DNA from: Cystobasidiomycetes sp. EMM_F5
Lineage: Eukaryota
Direction: 5' to 3'
DNA length: 64,000 bases
Assembly: GCA_051047955.1 (NCBI GenBank)
Contig: JBPGPT010000003.1
Location: 186,001-250,000 of the forward strand
Below are positions 28,372 to 42,024 of the stretch, one piece after another (the first letter of the stretch is position 1; each line of letters opens with the position of its first letter). The notes under the pieces are model-generated. The model had not been told where the DNA came from, did not search any database, and saw only the letters and a program-made list of their open reading frames with translations. Both the position numbers and the translations under genes were made by a program.

Positions 28372-29527
28372 CTATAAAATTGCGCTGCCTCTTCGTGAAA
28401 TGCCTGTGCTTGCTAGAGCTGACGAAGCGCTTGACGCGCTTGACGGACGTCGCGTCAACTGTGGCATGGACCGCTGTGAAATGAGTCTTGGCGCTATGCT
28501 GTGCCGCCTTGCATGATCTGGAGGCGCTACCACAGAGAAGTCGGTTTGTGTTGCCCACAATCTGGAGACTTCAGTGTTTGGCACTGTTAGAACCGTTCGC
28601 CCCGCTGTATACCATGAGCCATGGTGAGTGCGCGCTTTGCGCTCTTCTCTATGCCCCACATCCCGCGCATGCTGCTCCTGTTCTTTTCGCCGCTTCTCCA
28701 TCTCATATTCAATTTTGCGCTTGTTGGCATCCGGCTCATACGATTGTGCCAGTGCATTCACTCTTTGGTCTTCTATCTCTTGCGCTGAGACTTTTGCAAG
28801 CTGCGTGGCAAGCGCCCTGGATTTGACCAGCGGAAGTTTCGACAGTGCGACTGTCGGGATAGCTGGTATATTTTTGTTTGGGACTGTTGCTGCTGCGGCG
28901 CCTCTCGCCTGCCTGATTTGGTTGGTCTGAGTGACTTGTGAAGCAGTCTGCCGAGCCTGCAGGTTTTGAGCCGGCTGGGAGGCCGGTGCTACCTTGCCAG
29001 TAGCGGTGTTTTGTACATTCCCTGGATTGTCTTGGGTCTTGGGTGTGCGTAATAAAATATTGCATACCCCAGTCTCGACATTGACTTTGACATCGGGCTT
29101 GAGGAGATACTTTCGGTGCTGCACAGACATCCTGATAGTCTTCGTCGGGGGACGCTCGCGATCTTCTTCCGCCTGGTAGCACAAAAGAGGCTTTACGGTC
29201 GGTGCTGGCTGGAGGATGCTGGTTATTACCAGGTTATAATACCCATCTGTGTCTGGATGTATGGCGTAGTGTATACGCTTGTTTATTGGATGATCCATCA
29301 TAGGAGCCGTAAGCTCGTCTGTGTTGTCTCTGAGATTTGCTTTTTGTCTGCATTGCGTAGTAGGCATTGTCCTGTAAACGACCAATGAGCGTCTCGCACC
29401 GCGGAGGACAGAGTCTTGGCTGTCGGAATGCGAGTTTACACGCTGTAGAATGAAGAGTGAGCAGAGATAGGAGCAGACGGAGAAGACAGCTTTGAAACGG
29501 CGCCCGCTGAACTAGAAACATAGCCAT
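28372..29527 (-). CDS. Hypothetical putative secreted protein
   Basis: Signal-like first exon (..CLLRLLLSLLTLHSTA) can be spliced to the 337-codon ORF 28372-29385. Confidence 0.55.
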
Positions 29528-29689
29528 CACTTCCGACAAAATAGTGAGGCGGGTCTGTAGTCTTGTCCGACAAGGTCATAGACGGGCTGACGAAGGTCCA
29601 TCCCCAAACTTATGCGTCGGGGTGCTCGATACACTCCAGAAGCCGGGTGAGCGAAGGCTAGACTGAATTGGCTAAATATTTTGCGTGTG

Positions 29690-30817
29690 CTATAGCTTCT
29701 TTACGTTATCACGCGTCCATCCCAGTGTACCAAGATGTCCTCCGATGACTTCGTTGGCGGCATCGCGGCCTCTGAGACCTGCGATGCTAGTCACGAATCT
29801 ACGTATGAAGGGGGTGTCAGCACATGGTACAGGTTCCTGTGGAGAAGATACGCCTTACCCTTCGGGACCGCAGACCATAATTTGAGTGTGTGAGTCAGGA
29901 TGTGGTCGGCCTACAATGTTGCGAAGCTGATCCTGCGAAATGCGGCCTGTGACTTTGTATACGTTTGTTGCCGATGGGGGGAGAACTGATGCGAAACTTG
30001 TCCTCGGCGAAGAGGATGCATAGATGAGCGTGACTTTGGCGGGCAAATCCTTACCATGCGCAAGAAGCTGGACTAGTGGTGTGATGCCTGTCCCGCCGGC
30101 AATCTAATTAGCAGACGTCGTAATCAGCTAAACAGCAAGTAAGATGCTAAAGACGCTCCTGACAAATATGAGATGATCCAGATTCTTAGGCAGAGTCCAC
30201 GTCCTGACGGGACCGCGAATGTATATTTCGTCTCCAGCTCGAAGCCGATGTAGGTATGACGAAACTTCCCCGTCGTTGTATTTCTTTACCAGCAATCTGA
30301 TTACGCCATTCTTCCGATCTGTCTCGCTGAACGGAGTGAGTTCAAGTGGAGTGTAAGCTCTTTGTATCTGCAGTTCAGGCTGCCGTATGTAGATTGCCTG
30401 TAGTGGAGTATCGCAGGGTTCCGGGTACAAGCTAGCATCGGGGAGTAGATTAGGTGGGAGAACGATTGAGACGATGCTCGAGTCGGATGTGATCTCTTCT
30501 ACAGAAGCCACACGGAGTGCTGTAAATCCTGCATAGGAGAGCGGCTTTTGCGTAGGCGACCCAGATCCGCGAAGATACCAGGCAATTCCAGCGAGCGATG
30601 CAGCCGCGGCAGCAGTGAACAACAGAGGCGTACTTGTAGACTTGCCGCTATTCCCCCAACGTCCTTGCGGTGAAGCTTTTGCGAACTGTCTGGCATGCAG
30701 AGCTTTGGACTGAAAGCCGTTCCGTCTACGGCAGCCGATGCCCACAGCGTAAGACGACCGAACACTGAACGAGGCGTTTGCGGGCGTCCTCAGCATGAAA
30801 AGAGCTTTGCGCTGCAT
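29690..30817 (-). CDS. Mitochondrial FAD/NAD(P)H oxidoreductase, Cyc2/cytochrome b5 reductase-like
   Basis: 'LQIQRAYTP' (RxYTP), 'KKYNDGEVSSYLH', 'RGP', 'AGGTGITP', 'VCGPEG'; Arg-rich presequence plus a TM segment. Confidence 0.85.
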
Positions 30818-30905
30818 TGCATTTGCGTTGGCCCTTTGCTAGACTTTTTGTGCACAAGCCCATCAGGCAGTCTCATGCTTCACTCCAAACCACGCTGGCT
30901 GAACG

Positions 30906-33484
30906 ATGATGGAGCCCGACACTGCCGCATTAGCTGACGCTGAAGTCCTCGCGAGCTCGATACTGCAGACGTCCGGGGCAGGAGTGTCGAGCGAGCAGCG
31001 TAGAAGCGCTATCCGGCAGTTGCTTGCCGTCCTCGAGAATAGGGGATCCGGACATGGCCAAAGTGCGCATAAGCCAGCTGGTATTGGCTGATGATGCCAG
31101 TGACTGATGCTGATGTGCCCCGCTTCCGCTTTGAAAACTTCGGTCTCTGTTCAGGCCTGCTTAACATCGTCACGGCCGTAAAGACCTTGGGGCGGGTGCC
31201 ACAAGGTACAGAGGATCTGGCATCCGAAAAGGTGGGTCAAGCCTGTATTCGTAAGTACGTGAACGAGACACTGAAGGTTTGCGTTGCATGGACCGCATCG
31301 AATTACAGAGCCTATCCCTCCTCATCGACCTCGGCGGCTTGCAACAAAGGGCAAACAAACAAGACCAGGGTGACAGTCAAGATGAGTTGCAGCCAATCCA
31401 GAGCGAAGCAATCCGCTGTCTTGCAAATATATGTCTACTCCATGAGTCTGCGCGGACTCGATTTGCAAACATGAAGGACATGCCACAAACGATCCTAAAT
31501 TTCGCAGAGGTAAATACGGACGACATTACAGCCTTTCAAACGTACATGCTCATGACTATTTGATCATCATACGACGTAATATAGCACGCTACAGCACCGA
31601 CAACTCGATTCCTCGCCTCGAGGTTGCTATTTCTCATCACAGTGTCTGGCGGAGAGGCTGTCAGAGCGCTCACTGAGGAACTATCGATTGCCAAGTTTCT
31701 TTCAAAGAATCTCCAGCCCCCATCTCTATCACTTGACAATGTCCTTCCGCAACTGGAGGTTGATGTTCTGGCGGAGTTACTGAAGGTAGTATTCAATGTC
31801 ACTCTCCATTATACTAGGTATTGCTCGGCATTACAGACGTCTATAAAGTCGGCATCGCAAGTGAATGGCAATTCAAACCCAGCTAAAGCAGCTAGCACTC
31901 TGAAGTCGGATACACTCTCACCAAACCTTGACCGAGGGAGCGAAATCATGGCCAGGTCCGGCTCCACTTCCTCTGCAAACAGTACCGCGTCTACGCAAAG
32001 CGTGTCACTTGCTGGAAGAAGGGAGTCCCGCCCTCGAACTCCCAGTCCTCCCCTTGCCAATCCTGCAAAGTCAGCTGGCGAGAAGATCAAAGGCCTGTTT
32101 GCCAAAGTAGCGGGTCCAAGGCGAGGCAGCGCCAGCAGCGGCACGCAAGACGGAGACTCGGTAAATGAAAAACCTGAACCATCTAAAGGGGACCACTCAC
32201 CAGATGAAACAAGGAGGCCGATGCATGACGAGGACGTCGATTTTCTAGCTAAATGGGGGTTTGAAGAGTGCGTGTGCTGAGCCGTTTTCTCTGCAGTTGG
32301 CTGACCGTGATCCTCTCCGTCAGCGTAATCTCAGCAATCGTAACACTGGCTTTGTCATTGCCGTATGGTCAAGGCCATCAATCTGGTCCCTTTGGCATAC
32401 ACAAACATCTCGTGACATCACTCCTCAATTTTCATTTCCCGTCCTACGCATCCATTGTGTACGCTTCTTTGGCTCCCGCTTTCTCACAACCCATTCCGCC
32501 TCTGCCAAATACGTCCCGTAGTAAGCCAGATACGATACTGGTACCGCTGGCAGCACGATACATTGCACTACTGGATGCCACAGCAGCTGTATACAGTCCC
32601 TATAGCTTTGACGATGACTCCGCCAGACAGATTGCCCTCCAGGCGCCCGAGTCACTTGACGAACCACTCAGCTTTCTCCTCTTGCTCCTCACCAAATTGG
32701 CAGCCGAGGACAAGCAAGGGGATACGCGCAGAGCTATGCGAACATGCCTTCTCGCCGACGACATGTAAGCTTGTATGCTTTCGGGAGAATTGTTACAATT
32801 CAGCTAATAAGGCGATTCTGACCGTGCCAACGCAATAAGCGATCGGACTGTTGGTCTTGACAAGCGCAAGGATCTCACTGGCCGTCTCGTCCGACTGATG
32901 AGCAGCAGCTACATGTCTTCTTGCAACGATGCAGCCGGCAGGTTCCTCTTCTGCCTTTGTGATCAAGATCGTAAGTTGTCCTTGAATACCATAACCCGAA
33001 GTGCATGCTCTAAAAATTGAATGTCTCAGCGTCAACCTTCTCAGCAACTCTGGGATACGGAAACGCGGCAGGTTTCTTACAAAGCATAAACATGCTCATC
33101 CCGCCAACCTCCTTACCTTCGAGGCAATCAGCATCTGACGTTTCACACGACTCTGAGGGGTTGGATCAATACATCAATCCCATCACGGGGGCAGTGGAAG
33201 ACCCTTCTCTAATGTCTGAAATTGCAAGCATGACTGATGAAGAGAAGGAACGCGAAGCGGAGCGACTCTTTGTACTTTTTGACCGCATGAATCGAAATGG
33301 CGCAATCAGCGTTGAGAATCCTGTCCGTGCTGCACAAGCAAAGGGCAGACTGGCAACCACCTTGCACGACCAGGAGGCAGACACAAAGCGCATGCAGGAG
33401 ATAGATGATGCAGACGAAGCTGAGGCCCTGGACGAAATGCGCAAGTACAAGGCTAGGAAGAATAATATCCGAACACCTGCGTGA
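30906..33484 (+). CDS. RIC8: Ric8/synembryn G-alpha chaperone and GEF
   Basis: 'EAIRCLAN', 'ELLKVVFN', 'LGYGNAAGFL', 'INPITG', 'MTDEEKEREAERLFVLFDRM'. Confidence 0.93.
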
Positions 33485-33834
33485 TGACAATACTAGTGCA
33501 ATAAAGACCCACGTCCTTCATACCCTATACCCCATCAGAAAGCATCTACTTTTATATACTATATACAAGTAAGTTGTCAGTCTCGAGCTCCTCTGAAATT
33601 CGTTACGTCAGATACCCTTTCAGTTGTCTGTATACATAGTCGTATCAGTGTTCAGAGCAGCTTACAAGTTTACTGTTCTACGTTATAGCATGATACAGTT
33701 GTGTTGTCGTCTCATTGACTGCCTATACCGTGACAAATGTTGTTCTGGGACTTTGCCTCAAAACTTGTCAAAACTGCATCGCAAGAAATTATGCTACACG
33801 TGAGGTGCCCTTGCTTGCTAGTTGTGTCGAGACA

Positions 33835-36435
33835 CTATTGCTGCGGAGTATATGCCATGAAATTTCCAACTATGGCGTTTGGGACTGAGAAGGCTACGTA
33901 TCAGTAAGACATATTTGACTTTTACGCATAGATGCGCTCACTGTGATAGGCGTCTCGTCTGATTGTGAACGAGAAAGTGCATGTTATGTAAGCAGACTTC
34001 GGAACAGCATCGGCCGGCGTGTCTATACTTAGAGCTTCACCGTTGCCAAAGCTTTTCCTCTGAGAGCTCAGACTATTTCTGTGTGAAATTTGCTTGCGCT
34101 GGCCAGCGCGATGCTCCGCTAACTTGGCTTGATCGACTGTATTAAAAGCGTTTGGGCAGGCTCATCAGAGACACGCTAGCCAGCAATAGTGAAATATTGC
34201 AAATGGCTGGCTCACTTAGTATGCAGCTAGTCAGGACAGCCTTCTGCCCTGGATCGAATGCGATACTCCCATACTTTTCCCAAAAATTGACAGCCGAGTC
34301 TTCAGCCATCAACTCGTAGATGGCTAATTTGCCATCTCGCATCTGTTCGTACGGTATGCCGACTAGGTCTGCAAATTCGCGGTTGCCCTTGAAGATCTCG
34401 CCAGTCCGACGCCAAAGACATGCGGGTATCCCCATCGTTGTGAAAACGCGGTCGTAATCGAGCAGCAATCGCTCGAAAGATTCCTCAATCCAGATAAGAT
34501 CCATGTCGGTCAAGGTCGTTGCGACAGTCTATAAACATTGAATCAGTCTCCGTACTCGTCCAGATCCTTCAAGCGTACTCTAAAGGCGGGCCGAAAGGCA
34601 CTGATTATCCTGAGTGCCCGGTGCTTGCTTTGTGGACTCCATTTCGAGTCCATCCACGTATTCAGCCGCTCGTAACCTTTTATAAAGTTGAATGGCTTTA
34701 GGAGTCCTGCTTCGTATTTAGCACGAATGACCTTATTGAGTCGTTCTTCTTTTGTGCCGTCCTTCTGGTCTGCAGCAGTCAGCAGGAAGCGCTCCGTACT
34801 TGACGAAGGTGTATGTGTGCCAATCAGGTTTTCATTCCCAGTAGAACCCGAGCGCGACATGTCCATGTTTACAGAAGTGATCACGCCGTTTTGCGCCTCG
34901 GGTGAATTAGCAGCTGTTGTCGTCAGGGCTTCTGTACGTGCTGGAGCATTCTGAGGCACCTCTGGCATGGGATTCAGGTACATTTCGTCCAGCGTGCGCA
35001 AGAAGTCGCTTAAATTGCGATAAGTACTGTTAGCCCGAGGAAGGGACTGATCAGCATGCAAGACTTACTCGAGGGCTGCACTATCAATGTCACTACCAGA
35101 TGCCTCGGAAGGCCCACTCTGTTGATGGAAGCGACTATTCATCTGACTGAAGGGGGCGTTTGACATAGCATGATGAGCCTGGAAGCCTTGACCGTCAGAG
35201 CCAAGCGGCTGCGATACGTCTTGACTGCCAAAAAGGCCGTTGAAGGCATCCAGCGGGGGATCAGCCGTAGTCGTGGCAAACAAGCGGAGTGAAGCTAGTG
35301 AGTTTGCGCCTGTAAGTCATGCAAAGGAGGATCAACAATAGTCATACTACTCTTGCACATCCTGTTTACTGACCTGTTTGAGAAGGGTATGAGAAATCGT
35401 AGGCTTGGTTCAAAATAGCAAATGGATTCGGAGACTCTCGGTGTGAAGTCGCTGGTGGATTTGAAGCATGTAAAGGCTGCTCCGCCTGATTTTGAGACGC
35501 TATACTGGGATTGGCACCGAGCGGAGAAGGGTTCTGCTGGAAGCGCCTATCTCGTTTACGCAATTCGCTGTCCGACGATGACGGCCCGGCTAATGCGCCA
35601 AGTGATGCTGTCGGCCAACCGGGACTGGCGCTCAGGCTTGAATAGGCACGGTGTGAGTTGCTCGGTTGCGCTGTACGAGGTTGCGACGTCGACAGAGAGG
35701 ACGTTGCATTTGTGGTTAAGTAATCCTGCTGAGGCAATGCGGACGCTGCTGATCCGGGGCTATCAAAGAGGGAGGATTGCGGAGAAGTCTGCATGGAAGG
35801 CTGAGTGGGTTGGGGTTGCTGTCCAGAGTGCAACGCGGTATGAGAGGGCGCAGTGGATGGTCGACTTGCAGCTTCTGCTAGTTTTAGTATTTGAGCACTG
35901 GTAGCGTCACCGACTGACTGGCGTTGGTCTAGACCGCCTTCGTCAGACGAGCCCTCTAATTTGACCTTGGTTTCCGTATCGTCAGCATCTTCGGGACCAA
36001 CTGACTCATTCTTGACGGGAAAATCCTGGCAGAGATGGGCAATGTCGCGCTTGACACTTTCGACAAAGCCGCACGTGAGCAACCTGTCAAAAATATGTCA
36101 AAACGTATGAACACGCACCATCGGTCGCATGGACGGTTCTCAGTGCATGTCATATGCGAGCTGAGATTGTCGCGGAGAGCGGCAACGCAGAGTGGAGCAT
36201 GGACAGAATGATGGAACGACCACAATTTGAAACAAAGTTCGAGTCGTACAACGAAGTACAACAATTCATTAGCGAAGAAATGAATATCCTTAGTATCGAC
36301 TCGCACTCACCGCTTGCAGAATATACAAGCCTTGGACACCTTCTTTCTTTTTTGTTTGTTTGGATCTTCTTCTCGTTGCCGATGTCGCTTCTTTGCGCTG
36401 GGAGCAGCATCTCCCGCTGCAGCCGGCGCTTCCAT
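33835..36435 (-). CDS. Zn(II)2Cys6 transcription factor with C-terminal PAS-like domain, Rds2-like
   Basis: Spliced 'KACIFCKRSHMTCTENRPCDRCVKRDIAHLC'; 'ERFLLTAAD', 'AGLLKPFN', 'PACLWRRTGEI', 'FSFTIRRD..IVGNF'. Confidence 0.92.
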
Positions 36436-36951
36436 AGGTGGACTGGTAGACAGTGTGCAGCTCTTGCGTATGCCGCAAACTGCCAGCTGCAACTGCTTGC
36501 CTCACCCACTGTCGACTCCCACTAGGTCGCTGGTCCCGGTTTCAGCTCGTCGGCTTTCCTACTTTGTCCGGCCTACGCTGAGCGCGCTTTCGTGTTACGC
36601 GACGTGAATTCCAGAGGTGGGCATAAGTACGGCGAGCTCAAGATAGCATAGTCCGCCTGAACTGGGCTCACGAGTCCCGAATGCGTGCGAACGACAGCTG
36701 TGTGACAGCGCCAGTGCGGAGACGAATCAAAACAGCAGTCGCGAGCGACGGTCAGTCAACAGGTGTACGACAAGTATCAAGCTGCAAGCTCAACAACCGA
36801 TGAACGAAAAAACAGCGCGCCTCTATCTTTGTCAATCAGGCTCATCTAAGCGTGTATAGTTGTCCAACAATAATTTACAATGCGCTCGCCAAATGCCCGT
36901 TGTCGTCGTAAAACCCAAGGTCACTTTGCAGTGTGCCGCTGATACGGTGGA

Positions 36952-38836
36952 TCAGATGCTCGCCTGCTCACTGTCGCCAATGACAGCCACCAGAACCGAA
37001 ATGTCATCGTGTTTGCCGCCGACAAAATGGATACCCTCCTCATTGGCACGCTGTTGGAAAGGGCTGCTGACTGCTCGCTGATCCTCGCTTACTGCTTTTG
37101 CACGTGCGCATAGAGCCTGTGACAAAAGTTGCGGATTCTCCGCGTTGAAGAGAACTTCCTCGAGTATGTCCTCGTCGAACAGGTTATCAACCAGTCCATC
37201 CGATGACAATATCACGATATCATCTCGCTGAACTTTGATTGAGAATCTCTGGCCATCTTTACGCGGGGTATCATGCGAATTTGTGCCAACCTGGAACGGG
37301 TAGTTGAAAGCATGTTGCTGTTCCTGAGAGCGGAAAATATAGTCCTTCCCGCGAATGATGGAACAACAACAATCCCCGAGATTGGCCAGGCGCAGCTCGT
37401 TATTTGTGAGAAGCGCAATGAGAGCAGTTGTCGATCCAATGAGCTCGAGATCAAGAAACTCGCACAGAGTGGTATCCCAAGCACGATGCAAGATCTCGAT
37501 AGGATCAGCAGCCACCCCGTCGGTATCTGAGGTCATAGAATCTGTATCTCCGCGGCTATTTCGTCGAGAGTTGTCGTGAAGATTTGTAGAACTCGTGGCG
37601 CCATTCGTTCCGTGATGTTTGGCTAGACTCGACGTTGATGATGAAGCGACGAAGGCAAGCCTCGACAACGTGGGATGAGGGTCGTCGAACGATCCTAATT
37701 CAAGCGAACAATCTGCCTCTACACGTTAGATAATTGGCATCGTCTCGTTGTTGTTCTTTTGACTTACGATGCATGAGCCGTGCTGCAAATAAGCCTGGAT
37801 CCGCACCTTTCCTTCCAGACCAACCGCCTACGCCGTCTGCTACTCCGAGGGAGTTGTGCCGTACAAAGTACGCATCTTCACCAACCTGCACAGACAATAA
37901 ATTTCGTTGCATTTCTGCAATCTGCTGCTGGTGCGCGTCGGCCGCGGCATCTAGCTCAGTCTGTAGATCCGACTCTCGGCCCTTGCCCTTGTCATTACGC
38001 TTCGGTCGTTTAGGGATTCCGTACGCGCCGGGATGCAACACGAGCTGCGATTGATGCGTACTTCGAGCCGATGGTGCACTGACTTCAGTGCGATCAAGCC
38101 TCCAACCGGCCGGGATTTCCGAACTGGATGTCGACGAGATCGATGAAGAGGTAGATGCAGCAATGTCTTTGGGCAGGGAGGGTGATGTGACTGCAGCCGA
38201 GGTGCTTGCGGTGACGATGAATGGTAACGGGCTGGAACTGTATGATGAAGCGGGCGGATTCCAGAAGGAAGGTAAGATAGAAGCGGAAGGCGAGGTCCTG
38301 CTACGTTGCTGCTGCTGCTGATGAGACTCTCGTTGTTGTGTCTGCGACTGCTGGACTTCAGATTGTTGGGTCGATTGGCCAACGGTTTGGGCGTATCGAG
38401 GACGTCCATACGGCTGATGGCCCAAGGTTGAGCTGCAGGGTACGGGTAACGGTGGTGTGCTTGACCCTCCAATGTGGCTCGCTATGGTCTGCTGGCTGCC
38501 ATTTGTACTGCTCAAGCTCGATAAGGCGCCGCTGCTGCTCGAGGGCACAGGATAGCGGGAGCTTGTCGCTGGCAACAGCGCGGGCGGTACTCCAGTGGTC
38601 GAGAGCCCATTGCTTGACGATGTAGCACCAGCAGTAGACGCCGACTCGAGGTATGCCCCCCTGCTCGTCGAGCCAAACGATTTTGACGCATTTCCACCGA
38701 TAGCGGCAGTGACCGCACGTTGAGTCTCGGCAGTCGCGACTGAAGACGCGACACTGGCAGGTTTGGAGGAGCTGCCAGACCGTGCGAGTGACCGGACTAG
38801 GAACGTGAGCGACGACTTGCCCGCTGCTTTGCTCAT
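36952..38836 (-). CDS. PP2C-type phosphatase, Ptc7-like, with a long low-complexity N-terminus
   Basis: 'GEDAYF', 'GVADGVGGW', 'GSTTA', 'NLGD', 'QQHAFNYPFQ', 'SDGLVDNLF', 'GGKHDDISV'. Confidence 0.92.
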
Positions 38837-39027
38837 GCTTGCATGTGTGGGTCTGTGCGAGAAACACGATCCCTCATGACAAAATAACAGCGAATTCTGG
38901 TTGAACTACAGCTCAACAAGGCGCTCAGCAGATGACTTTCAACGTCCGAATCCATCACTCCACGGTCTAGCTTTCTCCAGTATTGTATATGCGCGTTTCG
39001 AGGCAGAAAGCGTCACAATAGCTGGCA

Positions 39028-40035
39028 TTACGGTACATCTATTGGATTCCACGAGACCGCGCCCTGTTTTCCCATGTCTAGTGCGTCGAGCGACTGCATC
39101 TGCTCATCATTAAGCTCCCAATCGAAGAGGGCGTAATTCTCGACTGTACTTGTCGTCAGATTCCTATGTATGTACCAAATTATCCTCTTCAAGCCAGCCT
39201 ACCTATCCGCTCTAGCGTGTCACTCTTTACGACTGGACAAAATCTATGTTGTATTGACCACTTCAACAAGACCTGTGCAGGTGTCCGTAATGTTTGTTGC
39301 GCTATCTCTGCCAGGATCTTGTGTCCGAGGTAACGGCCACGCGCCAGCGGACAGTACGCTTGAACTGCAATGCCATTCATCCTGCAGTACTCGACGACTG
39401 GTCTCTAGAAGTTCGGTCAAGATCAGTCATGCTTAGGCCTATGCCTAGCAGAAAGACATACCTGCTGACACCACGGATGCAATTCGATCTGATTGACAGC
39501 AGGCGCTTCCAGGCCGGCCTCACGGAGACCTTCTAGATGCTGGACACTCCAGTTTGAAACTCCGACACTGCGGACTTGCCCGAGCTTGCGAGCTGCGAGT
39601 AAATCGATATATGCTTGTGTACGTCTTTCTGGGCCGGAGATTGCATCGTGGAGAAGGTATAGATCAATGTAGGCAATTCCCTCGCCAGCTCGCGAGAGAG
39701 TCTGGCGAACAGCTTTTGCTACAGCTTTTGGCCAGTGCGACCGCGCATTCACTTTGCTAGTAACGAAGATGTCCGAGCGAGATAAGCTCCCTTGACTGAT
39801 CCCGACGTCAAGGGTAATCAATGACCTCTGCGGTAGAAGCTATCACCAACATTGCATTGCGCACAGCTTGTCCAACGAAATCTTCGTTGTGATACGTTCG
39901 AGCAGTATCAATATATCGAAAGCCTGCTTCAAAGGCTGCTTCGATGCTTTGCAACGGCGTTCGAGATTGATACACCCCGAAGCCAATACATGGCATCATG
40001 TTGCCATCCGATAAGCGAATGGTTCTGCCGGACAT
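39028..40035 (-). CDS. Aldo-keto reductase
   Basis: 'MPCIGFGVY', 'IDTARTYHNE', 'IFVTSK', 'YIDLYLLH', 'GVSNW', 'NQIELHP', 'AYCPL'. Confidence 0.93.
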
Positions 40036-40181
40036 GCTCCATTTCTGTTTGGTGCAAAGTCGAGGCGCACTGACACAAAGCGATGCCATACTCGGCATTG
40101 ATTTGACCCAATCGACCTCGACTTCTAGCTGGACCAGACAACCGTCTTGGGTAATCGACTTACATCTGGACCCAGCGCATC

Positions 40182-41832
40182 ATGGATTACCAACGCGCAC
40201 TCTTGGGTCTGAATGTCTTTGGGTTCCTGTTTGAGAGGTACATGAACACCCGGCAACTGCGACGGTTAAATCACTCTGCACCTCCTCCAGCACTACAGTC
40301 CTACTTTGGTCTGCTCAAGGACTCATCCAATTTCCTACCTAGCCAAAACTACTCGCGCGACAAACTCAAGTTTGGGCAGCTTGGCCTCGCCATCGGCTTT
40401 CTCGAAAGCTTCGCATTTACCACGTCTGCCGTGTCGCTACTTCTAGGCTCAAACAAACAGAGTGGCTTTAAAGGTGGGCCCGCGTCGGACCATGGCCTGC
40501 GACCAAGATATCGCCGTTGCTGAAAGCTGATGCGTTTATGCAGTAATATGGGACTACAGCGGATCTTTTCCATATGTTCAAAGGCACGGCCAAATCGTGC
40601 ACTCGATGGCGTATGCAGTCTGCTTGTCTGTTTTGTCTCAGCTCACAAGCATACCCGCGTCCCTGTATTCGACATTTGTCATCGAGGAGAAGGTACGCTA
40701 AACCACGGCCATTGCATCCATCTAGGCTTACATCGCGCCTCCGTGAACAGCACGGCTTCAATAAGATGACTATCGGACTATGGCTCAAAGACTTTGTCAA
40801 AGGCCAAGCTCTCGGAGCCGCCATTGGTTTGCCCATTGTCGCAGCGCTACTGAAAATCATCGATTACGCCGGTCAGAAATTCGTGAATTACACAATGGCA
40901 TTCATCGTCGTCCTCCAAATCGTTATGATCCCATTGTCTCCCCTGTTCATGCGAATATTCAATAAGTTTACGGCTATTCAAGATTTCAAGGATAAGGAAC
41001 ACTACATCGATGTATCGAAACGTGTGGAGAAGCTAGCGAAGAAGCTCAACTTTCCACTAGGAAAAATCTGGGTTATGGACGGCTCTACACGCTCTGCTCA
41101 TTCGTGAGCGAAAATAATCATCTGCGTATAACCACCGGCTGACACAACTTGTAGAAACGCATTCTTTTTTGGAATGCCTTTTCTCACTAAGCACATTGTA
41201 CTGTACGACACGCTATTGGATCAGAACTCGCCAGAGGAAGTGGAAGCGGTGCTTGCACATGAGTTGGGACACTGGGTCTTCAACCATTCCGTCGCAATGT
41301 TGATATTTGGACAGGCGACGCTGTTCGTGAACCTAAGTCTGATCCGCTTAACACTGTTCAACCCGGCGATGGTGAGCTTGTCTGCATTCAGAAACCTATG
41401 GGATATATGTGAATGATTCGTCATTGTCAGTACCGTGCCTTCTCCTTCACACACGAACGGCCAATCCTTGTTGGGCTGGCTTTGTCTACGGCTCTCATGT
41501 CGCCACTAGATACAGTCCTCTCATTCGTTATCAACGCTATATCGAGGCGCAACGAATTTCAGGCGGACAAGTTTGCCTACGATCTGGCGACAGAGGAAAA
41601 CCAATACGCCGAGAAGCTTAAGAGCGCTTTGATCCGTCTAGGGGATAAGAACAAAGCTGTGACAGACGTCGATCCGCTCTACTCAGCATACAAGCATTCT
41701 CATCCGGTATGCCGACAAGCTACCCTTGGTCTTCACAACGGCATGCTTACCATTTCTGCTTTCCAGACAATGCCGGAGCGCATTGCTAGACTTGACAATC
41801 TTATTGCGCAAGGTCACGAAAAGAAGGAGTAA
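40182..41832 (+). CDS. STE24: CAAX prenyl protease 1 (M48 zinc metalloprotease)
   Basis: 'HGFNKMT', 'DGSTRSAHSNA', HExxH 'AHELGHW', 'EFQADKFA', 'YSAYKHSHP..ERI'. Confidence 0.95.
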
Positions 41833-42024
41833 ATTTATCGTGCCATGCTCGGGGTGCGCGATTGGCTTGTCTCATCCTTCACACATACTCGCGAATCTTG
41901 CGAAGGCTGTCGTCATCCACCAGAAGTGCGAAAGTCGAAGAAGCAGTGGTTTACTCTGCGAATAGAGTACGTCGTGCATCCAAAGTAGGAGGAGCCTGAA
42001 GACCGAAGTATGCAGATGTAGGCC

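Noticed and set aside
38300..38345. CAG/poly-Q run in the Ptc7-like N-terminus
   Set aside because: Short coding low-complexity tract; ordinary
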